64,000 nt of DNA from an uncultured Clostridia bacterium (GTDB lineage Bacteria > Bacillota > Clostridia > Saccharofermentanales > Saccharofermentanaceae). The position numbers were made by a program, and so were the translations under genes. The stretch is from the NCBI GenBank assembly GCA_946611435.1, contig CAMODL010000001.1, positions 80,818 through 144,817 of the forward strand. Reading direction: 5' to 3'. How positions within the stretch are numbered: the first letter of the stretch is position 1; each line of letters opens with the position of its first letter. Shown here one piece after another: positions 1 through 8,240 of this stretch. The notes under the pieces were generated by a model. It ran no database searches. It was not told the DNA's origin and was given only the letters and a program-made list of their open reading frames with translations.

Positions 1-1
1 T

Positions 2-1018
2 AAGGCAACCGGCATCACAGCGACTGCCGGGATAGGAACGAATATGTATCTGTGCAAGGTGGCGATGGACATTGTTGCCAAGCACATTCCGGCTGATAAG
101 GACGGTGTGAGGATCGCCGAGATAGATGAACGGAGCTACCGTGAACTCCTGTGGGATCACAGACCGATCACCGATTTCTGGAGAGTCGGCAAGGGGACGG
201 CAGCGAAGCTCGCCGAATGCGGAATGTATACCATGGGAGATATTGCACGTTGCTCGCTCGGTGGCAGGAATGATTACCACAATGAGGATCTGCTGTATAA
301 GCTGTGCGGAGTCGCAGCGGAGTATCTGATAGATCATGCATGGGGAGTGGAGCCGTGTACGATCGCCGATGTTAAGGCATACCGGCCGGTGTCGTCGAGC
401 CTTTCTTCCGGTCAGGTGCTGATGGAACCTTACACATACCGTAAGACGGAAGTGATCGTGCGTGAGATGACGGATGCGCTCGTACTCGATCTTGTCGACA
501 AGGGACTGGTGACGAGTCAGATTGTTCTCACGATCGGCTATGATACGGAGAATCTCAATAATCCGGACATCATGAGGCGTTACAGAGGACCGGTGGTTTA
601 TGACTACTATGGAAGGCGTGTGCCCAAGCATGCGCACGGAACGGTAAAACTCGAACGGCATACTTCTTCGACGTCGATAATCGTAGGAAAGATGATGGAG
701 CTCTACGGGAAGATTACGGACAGGGACCTTCTGGTAAGAAGAGTTACCGTAGCGGCCGCGGATCTGGCGCCTGAAGGAGCAGTGCTTCCGTACGACGATA
801 CTGCCGGTGAGCAGATGGATCTTTTTACGGACTATGAAGCGCGCGAGGAGGAGCGTAAGGCAGAGCAGGAGAGGCTTGCCAGAGAGAAGACGCTCAATAA
901 GGCGATGCTGGATATCAAGAAGAAGTATGGCGGCAATTCGCTTCTTAAGGCATCGAGTCTTAAGGAGGGATCTACTGCGGCTAAGCGCAATAAACAGATC
1001 GGAGGGCATCAGGCATGA
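2..1018 (+). CDS. Y-family (DinB/UmuC-type) translesion DNA polymerase, 5' end cut by the window edge
   Basis: The frame is open from base 2 (KATGITATAGIGTNMYLCKVAMD...). This matches the GIGxNxxLAKxAxD region of Y-family polymerases and is followed by a little-finger-like C-terminus. The ORF-track entry 44..1018 is the internal-ATG version. Confidence 0.85.
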   Translation, partial: KATGITATAGIGTNMYLCKVAMDIVAKHIPADKDGVRIAEIDERSYRELLWDHRPITDFWRVGKGTAAKLAECGMYTMGDIARCSLGGRNDYHNEDLLYKLCGVAAEYLIDHAWGVEPCTIADVKAYRPVSSSLSSGQVLMEPYTYRKTEVIVREMTDALVLDLVDKGLVTSQIVLTIGYDTENLNNPDIMRRYRGPVVYDYYGRRVPKHAHGTVKLERHTSSTSIIVGKMMELYGKITDRDLLVRRVTVAAADLAPEGAVLPYDDTAGEQMDLFTDYEAREEERKAEQERLAREKTLNKAMLDIKKKYGGNSLLKASSLKEGSTAAKRNKQIGGHQA

Positions 1019-1428
1019 CAACCCCCGATTTCCCGTATGCCGATATCCTGGATAAGGAACGTCCCCGTTCTGCCTCCCACCCTCCGTCGCCGAGGGCTGA
1101 CAGAGCAGTTCAGTTTGCTGCTTTCGCTGCGCTGACGGGTTATGGCGATGCAGTAAATGAGACCGCACGCCTTACGGATCACAGGCCTGAGATCACCGAG
1201 GATATGAAGAATGTCCTCGACATGAAGCTGTGTGAGATAGAGTCCCGTGAAGGATCTCAGCCGGAGGTCATACTTAGCGTCTACGAGCCCGACCCGCACA
1301 AATCAGGAGGACGTATCGTTTCCGTAAGCGGGAGGGTAAGGCGGATAGATCAGGCACTCAGGACAATAGAACTGACGGACAGACGGTCATATAAGATAGA
1401 TGATGTGTACGGGATCCGGATACCGTAA
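1015..1428 (+). CDS. YolD-like protein, the usual partner of UvrX/UmuC-type polymerases
   Basis: It overlaps the polymerase stop by 4 nt. It carries the motif RADRAVQFAAFAALTGY that is typical of YolD-like proteins, and its size is 137 aa. Confidence 0.7.
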   Translation: MTTPDFPYADILDKERPRSASHPPSPRADRAVQFAAFAALTGYGDAVNETARLTDHRPEITEDMKNVLDMKLCEIESREGSQPEVILSVYEPDPHKSGGRIVSVSGRVRRIDQALRTIELTDRRSYKIDDVYGIRIP

Positions 1429-1442
1429 TGAACGGACAAAAA

Positions 1443-1478
1443 GGCGTCCCGTTGATGATGTGGGACGCCCTTCGTGTT
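1443..1478 (+). terminator. Putative intrinsic terminator after the polymerase/YolD operon
   Basis: GGCGTCCC (1443-1450) pairs with GGGACGCC (1462-1469). The stem is followed by a T-containing tract. Confidence 0.55.
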
Positions 1479-1480
1479 AG

Positions 1481-1556
1481 TGGAGCCTCCAGCCGGGATC
1501 GAACCGGCGACCTCATCCTTACCATGGATGCGCTCTACCTACTGAGCTATAGAGGC
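1481..1556 (-). tRNA. tRNA-Thr (anticodon GGU), CCA encoded
   Basis: The reverse complement is GCCTCTATAGCTCAGTAGGTAGAGCGCATCCATGGTAAGGATGAGGTCGCCGGTTCGATCCCGGCTGGAGGCTCCA. It folds as a cloverleaf with a 7-bp acceptor stem (one G-U pair), anticodon stem CATCC/GGATG, loop ATGGTAA, and T-loop TTCGATC. Confidence 0.9.
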
Positions 1557-1626
1557 GGATACATAACGGAGAGGATTATAACACAGCTTTGTTTATCTAA
1601 CAATAAGCACTCGGCAAATGGTCAGA

Positions 1627-1938
1627 TCATCTGAGAAGCAGTGCCACCATAAACGTTACCGCGCATGTTCCCATCGCTACGACCAGGAGCGACTTGTTCT
1701 TCCAGGACAGCATCATCGCAGTCAGAAGGCCGCAGGAAGCAGCTGCGATATTGCCGGTCGAATAGAGCATCGCAGGGAAAGTCATCGAGGACAGTACAGT
1801 GTACGGAATATAGTCCAGGAAAGCTTTTACGCGTTTGTTGGTGATCTTCTTTTTAAACAGTACAAAAGGAAGAGCGCGGATCAGATATGTGACCACGACC
1901 ATAACGACAAGCAGCGGGAAGTAAACGGAATTATCCAT
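1627..1938 (-). CDS. azlD: Branched-chain amino acid exporter small subunit, AzlD family
   Basis: A small hydrophobic protein directly after azlC. I prefer the internal ATG at 1938 (MDNSVYFPLL...) because it is preceded by GGAAGGAGG. The ORF track extends to 1965. Confidence 0.8.
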   Translation of the reverse strand: MDNSVYFPLLVVMVVVTYLIRALPFVLFKKKITNKRVKAFLDYIPYTVLSSMTFPAMLYSTGNIAAASCGLLTAMMLSWKNKSLLVVAMGTCAVTFMVALLLR

Positions 1939-2662
1939 TGGCGCCTCCTTCCGCATTGTCGTCATACGGCGTCATGAAGACACCGATAAGAGCGGCAACG
2001 GATGCACAGATAATGATCGCGAATCCGGACGAGATATGTGCGTGAAGGAAGTCGACATAGCGGAAGACGACAGCCAGAGTGACGGCTATCAGGCAGCTCC
2101 ACATAACGGTGCGGTCCTTTCTTGTTTGAGGGAGTACTATCGCGACGAACATACCGTAGATACCGATCGCGAGCGATTCGGATACGATATCGGGCATTAT
2201 GCTTCCGAAGATCGCACCGAGAAGTGTTCCCAGTGTCCAGCCGATAAGCGGGAGGGATGCCAAGCCTGCCATATATCGTCTCCCGACCGGATGCGGGGCG
2301 CCCGCTGCAACGCCGAAGATCTCGTCGGTAATGAAGTTGGCAAGGGCGATCCTCGCCGGTGTGGTCATGCTCTCATCGGTCTTCTGTGACAGCGAGATCG
2401 ACATAAGTGAATAACGGATATTGATTATCGCCGTCGTCACGGCCATCTCGATAAGTCCGCCTGAGGCAGACATTATCCCGACACCTGCAACTTGCCCGGC
2501 CGACGTCAGATTAGCGAACGACATTATCACGGCCTGCCACCAGGACAGACCGGATGTCACGGCCATGACGCCGAAAGAGAATGAGACAGACAGATAACCG
2601 AGACCGATCGCCAGTCCGTCTCTTAACCCTTTGGACAGGGAAGAGGCATTATTATCCTGCAT
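1931..2662 (-). CDS. azlC: AzlC-family branched-chain amino acid exporter
   Basis: 243-aa polytopic membrane protein. Its N-terminus (GLRDGLAIGLGYLSVSFSFGVMAV) is typical of AzlC, and it overlaps azlD. Confidence 0.85.
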   Translation of the reverse strand: MQDNNASSLSKGLRDGLAIGLGYLSVSFSFGVMAVTSGLSWWQAVIMSFANLTSAGQVAGVGIMSASGGLIEMAVTTAIINIRYSLMSISLSQKTDESMTTPARIALANFITDEIFGVAAGAPHPVGRRYMAGLASLPLIGWTLGTLLGAIFGSIMPDIVSESLAIGIYGMFVAIVLPQTRKDRTVMWSCLIAVTLAVVFRYVDFLHAHISSGFAIIICASVAALIGVFMTPYDDNAEGGANG

Positions 2663-3233
2663 AGGCAGAGATCACCTCATCGAAGGTCCTGTATGAAGAA
2701 GGCACCTGATCATCCTCAAGGAGCGTATAAGTTACCTGACCGTCAAGGTCACTGTCGACGGCATAGACATCGGTTCCGTTGACCATAACGTACTTGTAGA
2801 TATCCATCAAGAGGTTACCGGTACTGTCCGTAGACACCGTAGTCATGATCAGATACATCATATCGTCAGCCACATCATAGAATTCATAATGCTTCTCATC
2901 ATTGGTATTTTTATCGAAAACAACCTCGATGGAACGATACGTTCCCTCATCAGCGCTGATAAAGTACGATTCATACTCATTTCCGTCAGCGTCCGTGCCG
3001 CTACCCGGGGTGCGCTCGGCCTGAGCTCCCTCTTCCATCATATATGCGGTCCTCTGAGAGCTCCAAAGATCAAATCGTCCCTGATAATCCGTGATATCGG
3101 CGGCAGCACTCTCACCGGTCGACTCGATGTCCGCCCCGGCAGCCCCTGAAGTCTCGTCGCTGTCCTTCCCGGAACATCCGGCACCTGTCACCATAGTAAA
3201 GATCAAAACTGCTGCCAGTATCTTTCTGCGCAT
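2652..3233 (-). CDS. Lipoprotein of unknown function
   Basis: Start at the internal ATG (MRRKILAAVLIFTMVTGAGCSGKD), which gives a signal peptide plus lipobox Cys. It overlaps the azlC start by 11 nt, so it is probably in the same operon. Confidence 0.7.
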   Translation of the reverse strand: MRRKILAAVLIFTMVTGAGCSGKDSDETSGAAGADIESTGESAAADITDYQGRFDLWSSQRTAYMMEEGAQAERTPGSGTDADGNEYESYFISADEGTYRSIEVVFDKNTNDEKHYEFYDVADDMMYLIMTTVSTDSTGNLLMDIYKYVMVNGTDVYAVDSDLDGQVTYTLLEDDQVPSSYRTFDEVISAYAG

Positions 3234-3437
3234 ATATAACACATCCTTTGTAATAACATTCTGTTCAAATACAGACGGATTATAGCACATGATCCGTGAT
3301 AGTTCGCCCCTGACATCGGTCTGACGAAGAGCTGTGCCCTTTTACTTTCGATGGTCAGTTGACAAACGCCATAAATGCAAGTAAAATTACAAGGCATTTT
3401 GCGATAGACATTAGTTTAACGCGACCATATGGCACAC

Positions 3438-3530
3438 GGAGAAGTCGCCTAGCCTGGTCGAGGGCGCACGACTGGAAATCGTGTAAACCCCAAAAGGGTT
3501 TCGAGAGTTCGAATCTCTCCTTCTCCGCCA
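3438..3530 (+). tRNA. tRNA-Ser (anticodon GGA), class II with long variable arm, CCA encoded
   Basis: Sequence GGAGAAGTCGCCTAGCCTGGTCGAGGGCGCACGACTGGAAATCGTGTAAACCCCAAAAGGGTTTCGAGAGTTCGAATCTCTCCTTCTCCGCCA. Acceptor stem GGAGAAG/CTTCTCC, anticodon loop CTGGAAA. Confidence 0.9.
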
Positions 3531-3562
3531 AAGTTTATTTACATTCGCGATATATTCGCCGT

Positions 3563-3600
3563 AAAGGGTTGAAAACATTAGGTTTTCGACCCTTTTTCGT
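3563..3600 (+). terminator. Putative terminator after tRNA-Ser
   Basis: GGGTTGAAAAC ... GTTTTCGACCC stem followed by TTTTT. Confidence 0.55.
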
Positions 3601-3807
3601 TGGTTCACAAACATGTCGTTTTTCCGGTTATATTTTTGACGTTTTACTAAGAAGAGAGATTCGAACCCCCGATCAACCAAGTCGGGTTTAATCTGTATGG
3701 TAAAATATGGGAAAACGATTGATCCTACCGTAATTAGAATCACCAATTGTATAATAATGAGCAATACTCTTTTTATGAATAAAAATCAATAGAAGGAGAC
3801 ACTTTCT

Positions 3808-4797
3808 ATGAAAACAACAATCAAGACACTCTCAGTCATCATGGCTGCAACACTTATCTTTGCTATGACAGCATGTGGTAAAAAGACTGAGGAAACAGGC
3901 ATACCTACAGTAGCACCCGATACCTCCACAACCATCAGTGAAACCGAAAAGCCTGCAGATGAAACAACAACTGCTCCTACAGACGTAACAGAAATAACAG
4001 AGGAACCTTCCGGAACTGTTATCGATCCTACAGGAGAAACATCTGCAGTATCCGGCAACGATATATCGAATGTTCAAGGTTCGGATGGTGACTATGTTGT
4101 TTTCGGACGGTATGAGCAGGATAACGATCTTGGTAACGGTCCGGAGCCGATCGAGTGGGAAATACTTGCTGAAGAAGACGGAAGACTGCTCCTTATAAGC
4201 AGATATATATTGGATTGCCAGAAATTCCATAACGATCAAACGGAGATAACATGGGAGACAAGTGATTTAAGATCATGGCTAAACGAATCTTTCTTAAAAG
4301 CTGCATTCTCATCTGAAGAACAGCAGATGATAAACCTGTCAACGCTTGCTAATCCAACCGTTCCCGGACAGACTGATCCTAATGTGACACAGGATAAGGT
4401 ATTCTGTCTAAGCATCGACGAGGTAATGCAGTATTATGAATTTGACTACGGATTTGAAGATGACGATGACTTGTATGATGCAGGCTATAGTCATCAGCTG
4501 ATAACTGCTCCTACTGCATATGCAATAGCACAAAGGGTCCGCTATGAAACGATATCTCCGGATTGTGAACTATATGATTTTTGGAATCTCCGTTATGACG
4601 AATATGGTATTGACGTTATCGGCATGGTAGGTGCATGGTGGTGGCTGCGCACAGTACCTGTCGAATACGAGGTGAATACAGTCTGTGATGTAATGATTCC
4701 CGGTCATGCCGGCTGGGGACAGGGTAACAACCAATGCGGACCACACGGAGTGCGTCCCGCTATTTGGGTAGATGCAAGCGCTGTCCAATCTGATTAG
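3808..4797 (+). CDS. Secreted lipoprotein, DUF6273-like family (family name from memory)
   Basis: SD AGAAGGAGA upstream. Lipobox LIFAMTACGKK. It carries the conserved FGRYEQD...PIEWEIL...LLLISRY...TWETSDLRSWLNESFL signature seen in a family of secreted Firmicutes proteins. Confidence 0.75.
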   Translation: MKTTIKTLSVIMAATLIFAMTACGKKTEETGIPTVAPDTSTTISETEKPADETTTAPTDVTEITEEPSGTVIDPTGETSAVSGNDISNVQGSDGDYVVFGRYEQDNDLGNGPEPIEWEILAEEDGRLLLISRYILDCQKFHNDQTEITWETSDLRSWLNESFLKAAFSSEEQQMINLSTLANPTVPGQTDPNVTQDKVFCLSIDEVMQYYEFDYGFEDDDDLYDAGYSHQLITAPTAYAIAQRVRYETISPDCELYDFWNLRYDEYGIDVIGMVGAWWWLRTVPVEYEVNTVCDVMIPGHAGWGQGNNQCGPHGVRPAIWVDASAVQSD

Positions 4798-4900
4798 CAT
4801 ATAAAAACCCGGGGACAAGCTGTGAATCTCGGGCTTTTTCAGGTTCATTTAAGGTTCACGTTATAAAGTGAGTTTATAGCAAGAACGGAGGTGAACTGAA

Positions 4901-6373
4901 ATGTTAAACAAAAAGTTCATAAAAATATTGTCCTTAACGACAGTTGCAACTGTTACAATGTCGTTTGTCGCATGTAATAGTTCAAATTCAGAAACTGAAC
5001 CGGATGTATCGGTCGAAGTGTCAACGACATCAACGGAATCAGAATCAATGTTGGATGAATCTTCAGAGGCTGACTCATACATCTCAACAGAACTCTTAAG
5101 TGCAGATGATATTGTTATCAACGAAGAAATGTCGAGTGCCAATGACAGCGAACATGTTATCGAAGCTGATGGAGAAGCGATAGAATATTCAAATGTTGGT
5201 ATTACAAAGACCGGGGATTCAGATCAGGGAGATGAGGCAGATTTCTACGGCGATAACAGTGCCGTTTTCGCTACAAACGGAGCAACACTCACATTATCTG
5301 AAATGGTTATCGACACTGATGGTACACATGCGAACGCCGTTTTTTCTTATGGCGAAAACACAACAGTAAACGTGAGCGATTCGGTAATTACTACGAGTGG
5401 GAATTGTTCCGGCGGCATCATGACAACCGGAGGCGGTACAATGAATGCAAACAACCTTACTGTTCATACCACAGGCAATTCTTCGGCTGCTATAAGGTCT
5501 GATCGAGGCGGTGGTACTGTTACAGTTAACGGCGGATCTTATACAACAGACGGTACGGGTTCCCCTGCTATCTATTCAACAGCTGATATTACAGTAGACG
5601 ATGCTATGCTTGAGTCAACAGCTGCTCAGGGCGTTGTAGTAGAAGGTCAGAACAGCGTCACACTTAATAACGTTACCTTGATTGCGGACAATAATACAAA
5701 GAATGGTGATAAGTCCGATTACTATCAGGCGGTAATGATCTACCAGTCTATGTCAGGCGATGCAGACGAGGGCTTGGCAGCGTTCTCGATGACAGACGGT
5801 TCACTTACAAATGCTAACGGAGACATCTTCTTTGTAAATAATACAGTAGCAACGATTACGCTTGAGAACGTCAGTATAATAAATCAAGACTCAAGCGGAG
5901 TATTTCTCAGAGCTGAAGCAGCAGGCTGGGGATCAGAAGGATCTAACGGCGGAAAGGTTAATCTCTATCTCGTAGATCAGACAGCAGATGGGAATATTGT
6001 AGTGGATGAAGTATCTGCGCTCAATATGTATATGACATCAGGATCGAGCTATGAAGGGACGATCAATACAGATAACGAAGGCGAAGTTTATGTTGAGATC
6101 GAATCTGGATCTACTTGGACACTTACCGGAGACTCCTATATATCATCTCTTACTTGTGATTCCGGTTGTATCGATCTCAATGGACATAAACTCTATGTAA
6201 ATGGAATTGAATACTCAGAAGGTTCTTCATCAGAAGGAACAGCAATCACGCTGGCGACAACAAGTTCATCTTCAGATCATAACGGCAGACCTGATGGAGA
6301 GCCTCCTGAGATGCCGGATGGTAATGGAGGCCCCGGTGGTGAGGGAGAAGAACCGCCGGCAAAGCCGGACTGA
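4901..6373 (+). CDS. Secreted lipoprotein with repetitive beta-helix-like G/T/N/S-rich repeats
   Basis: SD GGAGGTG upstream. Lipobox SFVACNSS. Repeated segments such as NAVFSYGENTTVNVSDSVITTSGN and GGTMNANNLTVHTTGNSSAAIRSDRGGGTVTVNGG suggest parallel beta-helix turns. The C-terminal tail is Pro/Gly/Glu-rich. Confidence 0.7.
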   Translation: MLNKKFIKILSLTTVATVTMSFVACNSSNSETEPDVSVEVSTTSTESESMLDESSEADSYISTELLSADDIVINEEMSSANDSEHVIEADGEAIEYSNVGITKTGDSDQGDEADFYGDNSAVFATNGATLTLSEMVIDTDGTHANAVFSYGENTTVNVSDSVITTSGNCSGGIMTTGGGTMNANNLTVHTTGNSSAAIRSDRGGGTVTVNGGSYTTDGTGSPAIYSTADITVDDAMLESTAAQGVVVEGQNSVTLNNVTLIADNNTKNGDKSDYYQAVMIYQSMSGDADEGLAAFSMTDGSLTNANGDIFFVNNTVATITLENVSIINQDSSGVFLRAEAAGWGSEGSNGGKVNLYLVDQTADGNIVVDEVSALNMYMTSGSSYEGTINTDNEGEVYVEIESGSTWTLTGDSYISSLTCDSGCIDLNGHKLYVNGIEYSEGSSSEGTAITLATTSSSSDHNGRPDGEPPEMPDGNGGPGGEGEEPPAKPD

Positions 6374-6528
6374 TCAGTTTTTGAAAATGGTACTATAAAA
6401 GTATCAAATTAAAAATAGTAGTTGAAACCGGTATATTACCTGCCGCGTATCATTCCCTATAATCTTGCACTTTGTGGTAGAATAACAAGCTGAATTACAG
6501 ATCAATCTTGTTATAAAGAGGAGAAGCT

Positions 6529-7230
6529 ATGAATAAGTATTACAAACAGGGAATCGCATTGCTGATGGCAGCAGTTATGCTCTCAGGCGTTGCATGTTCC
6601 AACAAAGATGTTAAAGAAGAGTCTGAGGCTGAATCAGTTGCTGAGTCTGTTTCAGAAACAGCAGAAACTGTATCTGCCATTATAACTCCCGCAGGACATT
6701 CCGATTCTGAAGGCTGGATCTGCCCTAATTGCGGAGCAGCAGGTAACCTCGGAGCCTTCTGTGCCTCATGCGGTTCGCCCAAGCCTGCATCAGCTGAAAC
6801 AGAAGATACCGCTCTTCAGACAGAACCGTCTGTTACCATGATGACTTATGAGACATTTGAGGATCAGAACGGCACAGGCAGCACGCATGGCGTTTTTGGT
6901 ACCCAAAGTCCCTTCACTGTCTTAGACCCTGAGACAGGGCTTGAGCTCCAGTTAGTAGGCAACGGATCATTTAGCTACGACCTTGGAGAAAATGAGGTAA
7001 GCGAGGATCTGATAAAGGCTAATCTTATAGCATCATTCCAGAGCAGAGCAGTCAATGCGGTCGAAGCAGAAGGTTACTCAAACCTTAACAAAAACATCCC
7101 TGATATCGAAAAAGGTATTGAGAGTGACTTAAGGCTTGCTTTGGGCATTGTCAATGTTGATGTCGCTATCAATGCATGCATTCTTAACGAAGAGAGCCAG
7201 GAGGCTTACGACGCAGCAACAGGACGTTGA
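6529..7230 (+). CDS. Lipoprotein with an internal zinc-ribbon (CPNCG...CASCG)
   Basis: SD AAGAGGAGAA upstream. Lipobox LSGVACSNK. The motif is CxxC-x12-CxxC. Confidence 0.7.
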   Translation: MNKYYKQGIALLMAAVMLSGVACSNKDVKEESEAESVAESVSETAETVSAIITPAGHSDSEGWICPNCGAAGNLGAFCASCGSPKPASAETEDTALQTEPSVTMMTYETFEDQNGTGSTHGVFGTQSPFTVLDPETGLELQLVGNGSFSYDLGENEVSEDLIKANLIASFQSRAVNAVEAEGYSNLNKNIPDIEKGIESDLRLALGIVNVDVAINACILNEESQEAYDAATGR

Positions 7231-7340
7231 AAGGCCTTATCCTTTTGAATGCAAAAGTGTCAATTATATGATCTAAGGCAAGCATCATAAAAAGTTAAGT
7301 CTTGCCCGGCGGCTCAGGAGTTGCTGCAATCTGATGCCGT

Positions 7341-7576
7341 CTCTGCCGCCTAATGTGAGGGCAGTACCACACTTTCCTTGAATATGGCCGATAATGTGGT
7401 ACGGGATGGCTTCTTATTACCACACTTTCTTCGATTTTTGCCAATAATGTGGTAAAGCCAGCACTCGGATTACCACACTTTTCTCGATTTTCGCCAATAA
7501 TGTGGTAAACCCAGCACCCGGACTACCACATTTTCATCGATTATAGCCAATCGTGTGGTACAGACGAGGGGGCGGC
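7341..7576. repeat. Tandem array of about 4.5 units with a 53-bp period. Each unit holds a 37-nt element with the terminal dyad TACCACA...TGTGGTA.
   Basis: Units start at 7365, 7418, 7471 and 7524, exactly 53 bp apart, and a partial unit sits at 7341-7364. Units 2 and 3 are nearly identical. Units 1 and 4 are more diverged. Confidence 0.85.
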
Positions 7577-7580
7577 CCTC

Positions 7581-7937
7581 ATGTTGAACGATGCACCAGT
7601 TTTGGAGTATCATTCAGGTAGTAGTATTTTAAGGCTTTTCAGCACCTCACCCATCCCCGAACTCGGAGCCGAACTTAGGACTTCACGCAATATCATTCTC
7701 AAGGTATTATTCGAGCCTGATATGAAGTGGCGTCTGGTCGAAGAATTCGGATCCGACTGCTGCGAAGTACAGGAAGACGGCAGGCTTCTTCTGATAAGAA
7801 ACTATGTTGACATGGATAATCTTACTATGTGGATGCTCACATTCGGCGATAAGGCGGAAGTGATCAAACTGCAGGAGGTTCGCGAAAAGATTAAGGCAAT
7901 AGCAGGATCAATGATCAGGAAATACGGAGGTAAATAA
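7581..7937 (+). pseudogene. C-terminal (WCX-like) fragment of an HTH-WYL (YafY/PafBC-type) regulator. The HTH and WYL parts are missing.
   Basis: The 118-aa ORF ends with ...MWMLTFGDKAEVIKLQEVREKIKAI..., which is typical of the C-terminal domain of WYL regulators. No HTH is encoded upstream, where the repeat array lies instead. Confidence 0.5.
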
Positions 7938-7938
7938 G

Positions 7939-8198
7939 ATGGCAGACAGACCGGAATTAACAACTGAATTGAAGAGAAAAGAGTTCCTTGAATACTATTA
8001 TCTCAAGGAAGAATTGGTTTGTTTCTGCCGCGAAAACGGATTGCCGACATCCGGCGGAAAAGCGGAAAGACATATGCAGATGCGATAGCTGCATATAAAG
8101 AAATAAAGCGCACAAAGAAACCCGAAAAAAAGGACATAGATAAGCAGTTTGAATATAATACTTATGTACGGTCTGACCTGACAGCATTGGACCCGTAA
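7939..8198 (+). pseudogene. Frameshifted SAP-domain protein gene
   Basis: The ATG at 7939 gives MADRPELTTELKRKEFLEYYYLKEELVCFCRENGLPTSGGK..., a SAP-like motif, and hits a stop at 8086-8088. The reading continues in another frame from 8088 (AAYKEIKRTKKPEKKDIDKQFEYNTYVRSDLTALDP*) to 8198. Confidence 0.5.
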
Positions 8199-8240
8199 AT
8201 CAGGAAAACCAACTGATTAGCTTTTTGTTATAATGTCATC

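Noticed and set aside
126-1299. Overlapping short ORFs (126..329, 807..1055, 1009..1299)
   Set aside because: They are alternative frames, or antisense, within the Y-family polymerase and YolD-like genes. Their Arg-rich, low-complexity products are typical of out-of-frame translation.
3411-3764. 117-aa minus-strand ORF and 110-aa plus-strand ORF (3359..3691) around tRNA-Ser
   Set aside because: Both run through the tRNA-Ser gene and its terminator. They have no SD and odd composition, so they are non-coding.
7365-7560. Possible CRISPR array (regularly spaced repeats)
   Set aside because: The repeat units differ from each other at many positions. The 16-nt spacers are too short, and spacers 2 and 3 are similar to each other. 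No cas genes or leader are present in the window.
3540-8200. Prophage or integrative element inserted at tRNA-Ser
   Set aside because: I recognised no integrase, recombinase, transposase, phage or conjugation gene here or anywhere else in the window. The tRNA-like repeat is inverted rather than direct. Only a compositional shift and gene decay support foreign origin.
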